Assembly (NCBI GenBank): GCA_046349955.1
Contig: JAXMBI010000007.1
Span: 5,944-69,943, forward strand
Source: Pirellulales bacterium
GTDB lineage: Bacteria; Planctomycetota; Planctomycetia; Pirellulales; JBGAPH01
Length of the DNA: 64,000 nucleotides
Reading direction: 5' to 3'
In this document: positions 53,069-62,069 of the stretch, one piece after another
Layout: each line of letters starts with the position of its first letter
Position numbering within the stretch: the first letter of the stretch is position 1
Program-made: the position numbers and the translations under genes
The notes under the pieces: generated by a model
Told to the model about the DNA's origin: nothing
Seen by the model: the letters and a program-made list of their open reading frames with translations, nothing else
Databases searched by the model: none

Positions 53069-53854
53069 GTGGGAAAGCTTTGGAGCCTGCTGTTCTTGCT
53101 CGTGCCCGTGCTGGGAGTGGCCACGTTCGTGGTCGCGCCCTGGTACGACCACTGGCTGCCTCCCGATGTTTCGGAACACGGCGCCACGATCGACCATCTG
53201 TTCATGTTCATCCTGGCGCTGACCGGCGTGGTGTTCATCGCCACCGAGGCAGCGCTGTTCTACTTCATGTGGCGGTACGACAAGAAATCGAACCGCGAGC
53301 CGGCCAAGTTCACCCACGGCAGCCATAGCCTGGAAGTGGTCTGGACGATCGTGCCCACGGCCGTGCTGTTGTTCATCGCCATCTACCAGATGAACGCCTG
53401 GGCCGATCAGAAGATGCGGCGGCCCGACATTCCGCCGACCGTGGAAGTGATGGCCCGCCAGTTCGAGTGGCGGCTCCGTTATCCCGGCAAGGACGGCAAG
53501 CTCCACACCCTCGACGATCTTCACGTCGTCAACGATTTGCATCTGCCGGTCGACGAAGAGGTGCTCATCACCCTGCTCAGCCAGGACGTGTTGCACAGCT
53601 TCTTCCTGCCCAACCTGCGGGTGAAGCAGGACGCGGTGCCCGGCATGTCGCAGGGCGTGTGGTTCCGGGCGCTCGAGCAAGGGGAATTCGACCTGGTGTG
53701 CGCCGAGCTCTGCGGCTGGGGGCACTACAAGATGAAGGGGCGGCTGACGGTGCAATCGCGGGCTCAGTTCAACGAGTGGCTGGCCCAGAAGTACGCGGAG
53801 CAAGAAGCCACTCAGGCCGAGGCGGCCGCCCCAGCGGCGGAGGAAGACGAATGA
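53069..53854 (+). CDS. ctaC: Cytochrome c oxidase subunit II
   Basis: CuA site VLHSFFLPNL...CAELCGWGHYKM (H...CxExCxxxHxxM). Two N-terminal TM helices. GTG start with GGAGAAGG upstream. Confidence 0.9.
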   Translation: MGKLWSLLFLLVPVLGVATFVVAPWYDHWLPPDVSEHGATIDHLFMFILALTGVVFIATEAALFYFMWRYDKKSNREPAKFTHGSHSLEVVWTIVPTAVLLFIAIYQMNAWADQKMRRPDIPPTVEVMARQFEWRLRYPGKDGKLHTLDDLHVVNDLHLPVDEEVLITLLSQDVLHSFFLPNLRVKQDAVPGMSQGVWFRALEQGEFDLVCAELCGWGHYKMKGRLTVQSRAQFNEWLAQKYAEQEATQAEAAAPAAEEDE

Positions 53855-55662
53855 GCTCGATCACCGTTGGTTCGCACGACCATGCCCATCACCCGGCCCA
53901 CGGCGGGGTGGGGCACTTCCTCAACACCTATGTGTTCTCCAAAGACCACAAGGTGATTGGCATTCAGTTCCTGTTCTCTACGCTGCTGTGGTTCTTCGTC
54001 GGCGGGCTGCTCGCGCTCGCGGTGCGTTGGCAGGTGGCCTGGCCCTGGTCGCCGGTGCCGGTGCTTGGCCGGCTGCTGTTCGCCGAGCAAGGCGGCCAGA
54101 TGTCGCCCGAGTTCTACACGATGCTGTTCACCATGCACGCCACGGTGATGATCTTCTTCGTGATCATCCCGATTCTGGCGGGCGCGTTCGGCAACTTCCT
54201 GATCCCGCTGATGATCGGGGCCGACGACATGGCCTTCCCCACGCTCAACATGCTGAGCTATTGGTTCATGTGGCCGGCCTTCCTCTGCGCCATCATGAGC
54301 TTTTTCACCCCCGGCGGGCCCGACGCCGCGCCTGCCAGCGGTTGGACGGGCTATCCGCCGCTGACGGCCATCAAAGCGGCGGCCCCCGGCAGCGCGGTCG
54401 CTCAAGACTGGTTTCTGCTCGCCCTGATCTTCGTGGGCATTTCTTCGATGATGGGCTCGGTCAATTACATGACCACCATCATCCAGATGCGCGCCCCCGG
54501 CATGACGATGTTCCGCCTGCCGATGACGATCTGGGCCATGTTCATCACGGCCGTGCTCCAGGCCTTCGCCCTGCCGGTGCTCACGGCCGCCTTGTTCATG
54601 CAGCTCATGGACCGCAACCTGGGCACGGGCTTCTTCCTGCCCGAGGGCTTGCAGGCGAACAACTCGGACCCGGCCACCGGCGGCGGCCATCCGCTGTTGT
54701 GGCAGCACTTGTTCTGGTTCTATTCCCATCCGGCCGTGTACATCATGATCCTGCCGGCGATGGGCATGGTGTCCGACATGATCAGTTGCTTTTCGCGCAA
54801 GCCGCTGTTCGGCTACAAGCCGATGGTCTACTCGATCGCCGGCATCGCGGGGCTGGGCTTCATCGTCTGGGGCCACCACATGTTCGTGTCGGGCATGAAC
54901 CCGGCCCTGGGCATGACGTTCATGGTCTCGACGATGATGATCGCGCTCCCTAGCGCGATCAAAACCTTCAACTGGCTCGGGACGATTTGGGGGGGCAAGC
55001 TCGAGTTCACCACCCCCATGCTGTTCGCCCTGTCGTTCGTGTCGATGTTCATCATCGGCGGCCTGTCGGGCATCTTCATGGCGGCCACGCCGGTCGACAT
55101 CTTTATTCACGACACCTACTTCATCGTGGCCCACTTCCACTACGTGCTCTTCGCCGGCACGGCGATGGGCGTGTTTGGGGCGATCTACTTTTGGTTCCCC
55201 AAGATGTTCGGCCGGCTGATGAACGAGCCCTTGGGCAAGCTGCACTTCGTGCTCACGTTCATCTTCCTGAACGGCACCTTCTTCCCGATGCACATCCTGG
55301 GCGCCGTGGGCTTTCCGCGCCGCCTGGCTGATCCCTATCACTACGCCACGTTCCACCATCTCCAGCACTTGAACGAAATCATGACCTACTGCGCCATCGG
55401 CATGGTGGCCACGCAGGTGATCTTTGCCTTCAACTTCGTGTGGAGCATGTTCCAGGGGGCGCCGGCGGGGCGGAATCCGTGGCGGGCCAACGGCCTGGAA
55501 TGGACGGCCCCCAGCCCGCCGGGGCACGGCAACTTCGACTTCCAACCGATCGTCTACCGCGGTCCCTACGAGTACAACTCGCCCGAGATCGAGGAAGACT
55601 ACTACCCTCAAACGCAACCGCCGCCGGAAGGGGTCGATCCCAATGCCCCGCCGGCCCACTAG
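53851..55662 (+). CDS. ctaD: Cytochrome c oxidase subunit I (haem-copper oxidase)
   Basis: WFYSHPAVYIMILPAMG (canonical WFFGHPEVYI), VWGHHMFVSG, YFIVAHFHYVLF. ATGA overlap with ctaC. Track ORF 53467-55662 is over-extended. Confidence 0.92.
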   Translation: MSSITVGSHDHAHHPAHGGVGHFLNTYVFSKDHKVIGIQFLFSTLLWFFVGGLLALAVRWQVAWPWSPVPVLGRLLFAEQGGQMSPEFYTMLFTMHATVMIFFVIIPILAGAFGNFLIPLMIGADDMAFPTLNMLSYWFMWPAFLCAIMSFFTPGGPDAAPASGWTGYPPLTAIKAAAPGSAVAQDWFLLALIFVGISSMMGSVNYMTTIIQMRAPGMTMFRLPMTIWAMFITAVLQAFALPVLTAALFMQLMDRNLGTGFFLPEGLQANNSDPATGGGHPLLWQHLFWFYSHPAVYIMILPAMGMVSDMISCFSRKPLFGYKPMVYSIAGIAGLGFIVWGHHMFVSGMNPALGMTFMVSTMMIALPSAIKTFNWLGTIWGGKLEFTTPMLFALSFVSMFIIGGLSGIFMAATPVDIFIHDTYFIVAHFHYVLFAGTAMGVFGAIYFWFPKMFGRLMNEPLGKLHFVLTFIFLNGTFFPMHILGAVGFPRRLADPYHYATFHHLQHLNEIMTYCAIGMVATQVIFAFNFVWSMFQGAPAGRNPWRANGLEWTAPSPPGHGNFDFQPIVYRGPYEYNSPEIEEDYYPQTQPPPEGVDPNAPPAH

Positions 55663-55665
55663 GTC

Positions 55666-56724
55666 TTGAACTCCAAATCGCCGGCCGGACCTCGTTATCC
55701 CCGAGTAATCCGGCGGCCCGCTTGCCGCGTGAAGTCCGCCTCTGACAACTTGACGAGCGTTTGGCCCCATCGCTGGGCTGTGGCGCTCGTCTGCGCCACC
55801 TTCCCGCTCATCTGGGTGGGCGGCCTGGTCACCACGTATCAGGCCGGCATGGCGGTGCCGGACTGGCCGAACACCTACGGCTACAACCTGTTTCTCTACC
55901 CCTGGCAAACCTGGCTGTTCGGGCCGTGGGACCTGTTCATCGAACACGGCCATCGGTTGCTCGGCGCGCTGGTGGGCTTGCTGGCGATTGGGCTTGTGAT
56001 CTCCGTTTGGAGATCACTGCAACCGCGCCGCCTTAAGGTCTGGTCGCTCGTGGCGCTCCTGGCAGTGGTTGGTCAGGGAGTGCTGGGGGGCCTGCGCGTG
56101 GTGCTCGATGAGCGGCTGCTCGCCATGATTCATGGGTGTGTCGGTCCGGCATTCTTCGCCCTGTGTGCGGCGCTTACGGCGATCACGGCGCCGTGCTTTA
56201 CGACCGCGCAAAACGCGTCGCCGCGAATCGCCCGCGTTCATCGTCTGGCGATGCTCACCGCCGCGCTCGCCTATCTGCAAATCGTGTTTGGCGCCGCCGT
56301 GCGCCACCTGCCGCCTGGGGCGGAGCCCGAGGTGTTCCGCGTGGCGATGTTCGCCCATCTGTTCATGGCGCTGGCCTTGAGCGTACACATCGTGTTGCTG
56401 GGGGTTCGTTCGGCGGCCGCGCCAAGAACGCTGCGCCGCCCGGCGTTTGCCTTGGTCGGCCTGTTGTGCGTGCAAGTGCTGCTCGGCTGCGGCGCCTGGG
56501 TGACGAACTATAACTGGCCCGCCTGGATTGGCGAGCACGCCTGGTCGGAAGGGTTCGTCGTGCAGGCCGAAGGCGGGGTGCAGGCCCTGATCACCACGGC
56601 CCATCAGGCCACCGGCTCGCTGATTCTGGCGCTGGCCGTGCTGGCCGCGGTGCGGTCGGCAGGTTCGCCCGTGCGTTCGCCCACCGTGTCGCTTCCCACG
56701 CGCCTGGCGGGGGTGGCGGCATGA
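55666..56724 (+). CDS. ctaA: Haem A synthase (COX15/CtaA family)
   Basis: IWVGGLVTTYQAGMAVPDWPNTYGYN, EHGHRLLGALVG and HQATGSLIL (His-containing helices). Start is uncertain (TTG 55666 or GTG 55729). Confidence 0.75.
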   Translation: MNSKSPAGPRYPRVIRRPACRVKSASDNLTSVWPHRWAVALVCATFPLIWVGGLVTTYQAGMAVPDWPNTYGYNLFLYPWQTWLFGPWDLFIEHGHRLLGALVGLLAIGLVISVWRSLQPRRLKVWSLVALLAVVGQGVLGGLRVVLDERLLAMIHGCVGPAFFALCAALTAITAPCFTTAQNASPRIARVHRLAMLTAALAYLQIVFGAAVRHLPPGAEPEVFRVAMFAHLFMALALSVHIVLLGVRSAAAPRTLRRPAFALVGLLCVQVLLGCGAWVTNYNWPAWIGEHAWSEGFVVQAEGGVQALITTAHQATGSLILALAVLAAVRSAGSPVRSPTVSLPTRLAGVAA

Positions 56725-57623
56725 GTTCTCCCGTACTGGTTTACGAAAACCGCCGCGAGCTGCTGCTGGCTCGCTTCGGCGATTATCTCGAGCTTTCCAA
56801 GCCGCGGATCGCCCTGCTGGAGCTGGTGGTCGTGGCGGTCGCCGCCTATGCCGCCGGCTGGAGCCCGGCCGAGCCTTGGCTGCTCGTCAGCACGCTCTTG
56901 GGCACAACGCTCTTGGCCGCGAGCGCAAGCGCGCTCAACCAATGGCTCGAGCACGAGACCGACGGCATGATGCCCCGCACCTGCGGGCGTCCGCTCCCCG
57001 GTGGGCGGCTCACGCCGAACGAGGTGCTGTGGTTCGGCGCGATCGCGCTCGGCTTCGGCGCAGCCGTGTTGTTGGCCTTCGTCAACCTGCGGACGGCCGC
57101 GGTGGGTCTCGCCACCTGGGGGCTGTACGTCTGGGTTTACACGCCGCTCAAGTCGCGCACGGTGGCCAACACCGCGGTCGGCGCGGTGGCCGGCGCCCTG
57201 CCGGTGCTCATCGGCTGGTCGTCCACCGGCAAGCCGTGGGGGCTCGAGGCGTACGCCTGGTTCCTGATTCTGTTTCTTTGGCAGTTTCCGCACTTCATGG
57301 CCATCGCCTGGCTCTACCGAGAGCACTATGCGGCGGCCGGGCTGAAGATGTTGGCCGTCACCGACCCCAGCGGACGCCGCGCAGGTGCCCAGGCCGTGCT
57401 GTCGGCGCTGGCGCTCGTGCCCGTGAGCCTGGTGCCGGTGATGCAGCAGCTTGGGGGCGGACTGTATTTTGGTTGGACGCTGGCTCTGGGGCTGGGTCAA
57501 CTGGCCTGCGCCGTCGCCTTTGCCTTGCAGACGAACGATCGCACGGCCCGTTGGCTGTTGCGGGCGTCGTTGATCTACTTGCCCACGTTGTTGCTGTTGC
57601 GGTTGGTGACCTCCCTGTCCTGA
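56721..57623 (+). CDS. ctaB: Protohaem IX farnesyltransferase (haem O synthase)
   Basis: UbiA-family motifs LNQWLEHETDGMMPRTCGRPLPGGRL and FLWQFPHFMAIAW. ATGA overlap with ctaA. Confidence 0.85.
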   Translation: MSSPVLVYENRRELLLARFGDYLELSKPRIALLELVVVAVAAYAAGWSPAEPWLLVSTLLGTTLLAASASALNQWLEHETDGMMPRTCGRPLPGGRLTPNEVLWFGAIALGFGAAVLLAFVNLRTAAVGLATWGLYVWVYTPLKSRTVANTAVGAVAGALPVLIGWSSTGKPWGLEAYAWFLILFLWQFPHFMAIAWLYREHYAAAGLKMLAVTDPSGRRAGAQAVLSALALVPVSLVPVMQQLGGGLYFGWTLALGLGQLACAVAFALQTNDRTARWLLRASLIYLPTLLLLRLVTSLS

Positions 57624-57671
57624 TCCCGAATCGTTTTTCCCTTTCGCCACGAGCGAGCGCACGCACGAACC

Positions 57672-58649
57672 ATGGACCACGCCCAGCCTGCCGCCGCCCA
57701 CGGCCACGACGATCATCACGAAGGCCACGGCCATCTGACGCTGTCGTACCATCCGGGGCTGCCGCTGCCGAACGCCAAGCTGTTCATGTGGCTGTTCCTG
57801 TCGACGGAGATCATGTTCTTCGCCGGTCTGATCGGCACTTACATCGTGTTGCGGTTCGGCGCGCCGGCCTGGCCGCGGGCGCACGACGTGCATCTGAGCG
57901 AGATCATCGGCTTCTTCAACACGATCGTGCTCATCATCTCGAGCGTGTCGGTGGTGCTGGCCCTCGAGGCCGCCCGGCAGAACAACGCTAAGCTGGCCAA
58001 GATCTATCTGCTAGTGACCTTCGGTCTGGGCGCCACGTTCCTGGGCATCAAGCTCTACGAGTACTCCGGCAAGTTCAGCCACGGCATCTACCCCGCCTTG
58101 CCGCGGAGCCGGATCTATGAGAAGGCCGACGTGTACTACGCTTCGGCGGTGCGGCTGCGGCTGCAGGCGCTCAAGGGGCAGTTCGAAACGCTGAGCGAGC
58201 CCACCGAGCAAGACAAGGAGCGGCTCAAGGTCGTCAACACGTTGCTCGAGCAAAAGGTCGTGCCGGCCGAGAAAGCCGCCGCGCTGGAAACCGATCCGCT
58301 CAAACGGCAGACCGTGCTCGATGAACTGGCCGACGCGGTGCAGCCGCTCGCCCCGGCGCGGGGTCACGCCGAGCATGCCTCGCATGGGCTCAACGAAGAG
58401 CATTCGTGGCTCAAGCTGCCGATCCGCATTCCGGGCGGGAACATGTGGGCCAGCACCTACTTTTTGTTGACCGGCTTCCACGCCATCCACGTGATCGTGG
58501 GGCTGATCGTGTTCGCGCTGATGATTCCGATGACGCTCGACGCCACCCGCGCCGGCTTCATCGAAAATATCGGCCTGTACTGGCACTTCGTCGACTTGGT
58601 GTGGATCTTCCTGTTCCCGCTGCTCTACCTGTTCGAGCAGCAGGTTTGA
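57672..58649 (+). CDS. ctaE: Cytochrome c oxidase subunit III with a soluble insertion of about 115 aa
   Basis: [35 protein letters not shown] and [20 protein letters not shown]. The insertion between helices lies at roughly 58085-58440. Confidence 0.8.
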   Translation: MDHAQPAAAHGHDDHHEGHGHLTLSYHPGLPLPNAKLFMWLFLSTEIMFFAGLIGTYIVLRFGAPAWPRAHDVHLSEIIGFFNTIVLIISSVSVVLALEAARQNNAKLAKIYLLVTFGLGATFLGIKLYEYSGKFSHGIYPALPRSRIYEKADVYYASAVRLRLQALKGQFETLSEPTEQDKERLKVVNTLLEQKVVPAEKAAALETDPLKRQTVLDELADAVQPLAPARGHAEHASHGLNEEHSWLKLPIRIPGGNMWASTYFLLTGFHAIHVIVGLIVFALMIPMTLDATRAGFIENIGLYWHFVDLVWIFLFPLLYLFEQQV

Positions 58650-58659
58650 CCGAACATGT

Positions 58660-58727
58660 TTCTCGCCAAGACGCTAAGAGCGCAAAGTTAATGCTCTCGC
58701 TTCGCGGCCTTTGCGCCTTGGCGAGAA
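58660..58727. repeat. Palindromic repeat inside the oxidase operon
   Basis: ttctcgccaag...gcgcaaag (58660-58688) pairs with ctttgcgccttggcgagaa (58709-58727). Lies between ctaE and the subunit IV gene. Confidence 0.55.
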
Positions 58728-58758
58728 ATGATCTGAATTACGACTGAGGAGCGTTGCG

Positions 58759-59214
58759 ATGTCGGATCACTCAACTCATTCCGCCGGACACGGCGATGGC
58801 CATGGCGCCCATGAGAGCCATGGCGGGATCGGTCAGTACCTGGCCGTGGCGCTCGCGCTCGCGCTGCTGTCCACGGGGTCGTTTCTCACCACCAGCGACT
58901 TCTGGCACCGGAACTTCACCCCCTCGCAGGGTTGGGCCTTCATGATGGCCATCTCCTGTGCCAAGGCGCTCCTGGTGATCCTGTTCTTCATGCACGTGCT
59001 CTGGGAGGCCAACTGGAAGTATGTGCTCACGATTCCGGCCGGCGTCATGTCCATCTTCCTCTGTCTGATGCTCGTGCCTGACATCGGCTGGCGGATGTGG
59101 CATTACTCGTTCGACCGCTGGAAGTTCGCCGCGATCCCGGCGGCCCAGGCCCAGGTGCTGCACGGCGAAGAGGCGGAGCTCGAACAGCACGAGCAGCCGA
59201 CCAAGGGGCACTAA
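58759..59214 (+). CDS. Cytochrome c oxidase subunit IV family (prokaryotic) membrane protein
   Basis: Three TM helices, with AKALLVILFFMHVLWE typical of bacterial CoxIV/CyoD-like proteins. It is the last gene of the cluster. Confidence 0.6.
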   Translation: MSDHSTHSAGHGDGHGAHESHGGIGQYLAVALALALLSTGSFLTTSDFWHRNFTPSQGWAFMMAISCAKALLVILFFMHVLWEANWKYVLTIPAGVMSIFLCLMLVPDIGWRMWHYSFDRWKFAAIPAAQAQVLHGEEAELEQHEQPTKGH

Positions 59215-59384
59215 CCGCGCGGTAGCAAAGTCAGATCGCCCCCCCGGCAACTCCGCGCGAGTCCGTAGCTGTCGCTGGTCTGTTCGTCCCTCCGGCGCCT
59301 TTTCCCAGGAAACGGCGCTGGTAGACTGTCCCGCTGCCCAAGGGCCAGCGGGGCCGAGACGAACACTCTGCATGGAGGCCAGCG

Positions 59385-61901
59385 ATGATCGAGCTGAACA
59401 CCGCCCTCAAGCGGACCGCCCTCAAGGTCGTCGATTACCAAGCCGAGGCCAAGCCCAAGGCGGCGGCCAAGTCCAAAAAGCTCTCGCGCACCCGTCAGCC
59501 CGAGGGGATGCCGCTGGCCCAGTGGCAGGCGGCGCTGCGGCGCCAGTTTGGCCGCGAGCAGAACTTCCGCCTGGAAAACATTGGCGGACAGCCCGTGTTC
59601 TCGGAATTTCGGGTGACGAATCCGGCCTCGCGCGCGACCTACCGTGTGGCGATTCGAGGCCAGGCTCTGGGGGAGAACTTCTGCTCCTGCCCCGACTTCG
59701 CCACCAATACGCTGGGCACCTGCAAGCACGTGGAGTTCGTGCTCGGCAAGCTCGACGCGGGCCGCACCACCGGCAAGCTGCTGGCCGCGGGCTATCAGCC
59801 GACGGTCTCCGAGGTCTATGTCGAGTATGGCGCCGAGCGGGTCGTGCGCTTTCGGCCCCGCCACGGCGCGCCCAAGGCGTTGCTTGAGCTCGCTGGAAAG
59901 TACTTCGCCGAAGGCCGCTTGCAGCCGGCCGGCTTTGCCCGCTTCGACACGTTCGTCACCCAAGCGAGGCGCCTCGATCCTGATCTCGAAGTGTATGACG
60001 ACGCCCTCGCGCTGGTGGCTGAGGTCCGCGACGTCAAACGTCGTCAGGAGCGGCTGGCCGAGCTCTTCCCGCGGGGCACGAAGAGCGCCGCCTTCAACAA
60101 GCTGCTCGGCCTCTCGCTCTATCCCTACCAGCGCGAGGGGGCGCTCTTCGCCGCGCGAGCCGGCCGCGCGCTCCTGGCCGACGACATGGGGCTCGGCAAG
60201 ACCGTGCAGGGCATGGCCGTCGCCGAGATCATGGCCCGCGCCTTCGGCGTCGAGCGCGTGCTGATCGTCTGCCCCACCTCGCTCAAGCACCAGTGGGAGC
60301 GCGAGATCGGCCGGGCCACGAAGCGCAGCGTGCAAGTCATCGGCGGGCTGCGCGGCCAGCGGCGCAAGCTGTACCGCAGCGGCGCCTTCTTCACGATCAC
60401 CAACTACGACACGGTGGCCAGCGACCTGCCCGACATCCAGGCCCTCGAGCCCGAGCTCGTGATCCTCGACGAAGCGCAGCGGATCAAGAATTGGGACACG
60501 CAAGCCGCCAAGAACGTCAAGCAGATCCGCTCTCCCTACGCGCTCGTGCTCACCGGCACGCCGCTCGAAAACCGGCTCGAAGAGCTCGTGTCGATCGTGC
60601 AGTTCATCGACCAGCATCGCCTGGGCCCCACGTTCCGCTTTTTGCGCGAGCATCAAGATCTCGACGAGAACGGCCGCGTGGTCGGCTACCGCGGGCTCGA
60701 CAAGATCTCTCAAACGCTCGCCCCCATCATGCTGCGGCGGCGCAAGCAGGAAGTCCTCAGCCAATTGCCGGAGCGGGCGGACAAGAACTTCTTCGTGCCG
60801 ATGACCGAGCAGCAGCGCGAGCATCACGAAGAGAACCGCGACGTGGTGGCCAAGCTGGTCTCCAAGTGGCGCCGTTTCCACTTTCTGTCGGAGCCCGACC
60901 AGCGGCGGCTGCGGATGGCCCTCATGTTCATGCGGATGTCGTGCAACAGCACGTACCTGCTCGACAAGGAGACCGACTACGGCCACAAGTGCGACGAGGC
61001 CGCCCAACTGCTCGAAGAGGTGTTCGAGTCGCCGGAGGCCAAGGTGGTGGTCTTCAGCCAGTGGCTCGGCACGCACGAGCTGCTGATGCGGCGGTTCGAC
61101 CCACGGGGCTGGCAGAGCGTCTTCTTCCACGGCGGAGTGAGCAGCGAGGGGCGGAAGAAACTAATCGACCGCTTCCGCGACGACCCGGCCTGCCGGCTGT
61201 TCCTCTCTACCGACGCCGGCGGCGTAGGACTGAACCTGCAGCACGCGTCGAACGTGATCAACATGGACCTGCCCTGGAACCCCGCGGTGCTCGAGCAGCG
61301 GATCGGCCGTGTCCATCGCATGGGGCAGAAGCTGCCGGTGCAGGTAGTCAACTTCATTGCCCAAGGGACGATCGAAGAAGGGATGCTCTCGCTCTTGGGC
61401 TTCAAGAAGTCCCTCTCGGCCGGCATCCTCGACGGCGGCGAGCGCGAGATCTTCTTAGGCGGGAGCCGGCTCAAGCGGTTCATGGAAACGGTCGACCGCG
61501 CCACGGGGAGTCTGCCGGAGCAGCCAGCGCTAGCGGATGAGCCGGCCGCCGACTCATCTTTCATCCGTGGCACCAGCGAGCGGCGGGGTTCACCCCCGCC
61601 GTCCCCCGCGGGCCGCGCGCAGCGCAAGGGAGCTGAATCTCTTCATTCTGCGACGAAAGAAACTGAATCCGCCGCCGGCAACGAGCCCCTTGCCCGCGCC
61701 TTCGGCCAGGGCCTGGCGCTGCTGGGCCAACTCCTGGCCGGCGGCGTGGCGAACGCCCGGCCGACGGACGGCGCGATCGGCCCGCTGCGGCTCGAGCGCG
61801 ACGACGCCACCGGGCGCACGAGCGTGTCGTTCGAACTGCCGCCGGTGGAGCAGTTGCGGGGGATTTTGGAGGGGGTGTTGAAGGCGTTGGAGCCTCAGTA
61901 A
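59385..61901 (+). CDS. SWIM zinc-finger / SNF2-family DEAD-like helicase
   Basis: CSCPDFATNTLGTCKHVEFVL (SWIM CxC..CxH), LADDMGLGKTVQ (Walker A/motif I), VILDEAQRIKN (DEAQ box), LTGTPLENR and helicase-C GGVGLNLQHASNVINMDLPWNPAVLEQRIGRVHRMGQ. Confidence 0.88.
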   Translation: MIELNTALKRTALKVVDYQAEAKPKAAAKSKKLSRTRQPEGMPLAQWQAALRRQFGREQNFRLENIGGQPVFSEFRVTNPASRATYRVAIRGQALGENFCSCPDFATNTLGTCKHVEFVLGKLDAGRTTGKLLAAGYQPTVSEVYVEYGAERVVRFRPRHGAPKALLELAGKYFAEGRLQPAGFARFDTFVTQARRLDPDLEVYDDALALVAEVRDVKRRQERLAELFPRGTKSAAFNKLLGLSLYPYQREGALFAARAGRALLADDMGLGKTVQGMAVAEIMARAFGVERVLIVCPTSLKHQWEREIGRATKRSVQVIGGLRGQRRKLYRSGAFFTITNYDTVASDLPDIQALEPELVILDEAQRIKNWDTQAAKNVKQIRSPYALVLTGTPLENRLEELVSIVQFIDQHRLGPTFRFLREHQDLDENGRVVGYRGLDKISQTLAPIMLRRRKQEVLSQLPERADKNFFVPMTEQQREHHEENRDVVAKLVSKWRRFHFLSEPDQRRLRMALMFMRMSCNSTYLLDKETDYGHKCDEAAQLLEEVFESPEAKVVVFSQWLGTHELLMRRFDPRGWQSVFFHGGVSSEGRKKLIDRFRDDPACRLFLSTDAGGVGLNLQHASNVINMDLPWNPAVLEQRIGRVHRMGQKLPVQVVNFIAQGTIEEGMLSLLGFKKSLSAGILDGGEREIFLGGSRLKRFMETVDRATGSLPEQPALADEPAADSSFIRGTSERRGSPPPSPAGRAQRKGAESLHSATKETESAAGNEPLARAFGQGLALLGQLLAGGVANARPTDGAIGPLRLERDDATGRTSVSFELPPVEQLRGILEGVLKALEPQ
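61576..61606. repeat. GCGAGCGG-hairpin repeat copy lying in-frame within the helicase CDS
   Basis: gcgagcggcggggttcacccccgccgtcccc differs at 1 of 31 positions from the intergenic copy at 18932-18962. Translated as SERRGSPPPSP. Confidence 0.6.
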
Positions 61902-62069
61902 CAAGCGCCGAGTGGCTCAACGAATTGGGCGCGCTGGCGCTCGATTTGTTCCGCCGTTCCCTCCCGGCCCCGCCCCGCTATAATTCTCCTTCGCCTCGCG
62001 TGCCTGCGGCTCGTTCTCTCGGGCTGCGCCGCGGGGGCACTCTGATTCCGTTCCAGGAGCCGCGCCCAA

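Noticed and set aside
53812-55953. 713-aa minus-strand ORF
   Set aside because: Antisense to ctaD/ctaA, which have unmistakable haem-copper oxidase and COX15 motifs. No motif in the antisense product.
59211-61130. 639-aa minus-strand ORF
   Set aside because: Antisense to the SWIM/SNF2 helicase, which has Walker A, a DEAQ box and helicase-C motifs. It is a mirror-frame artefact.
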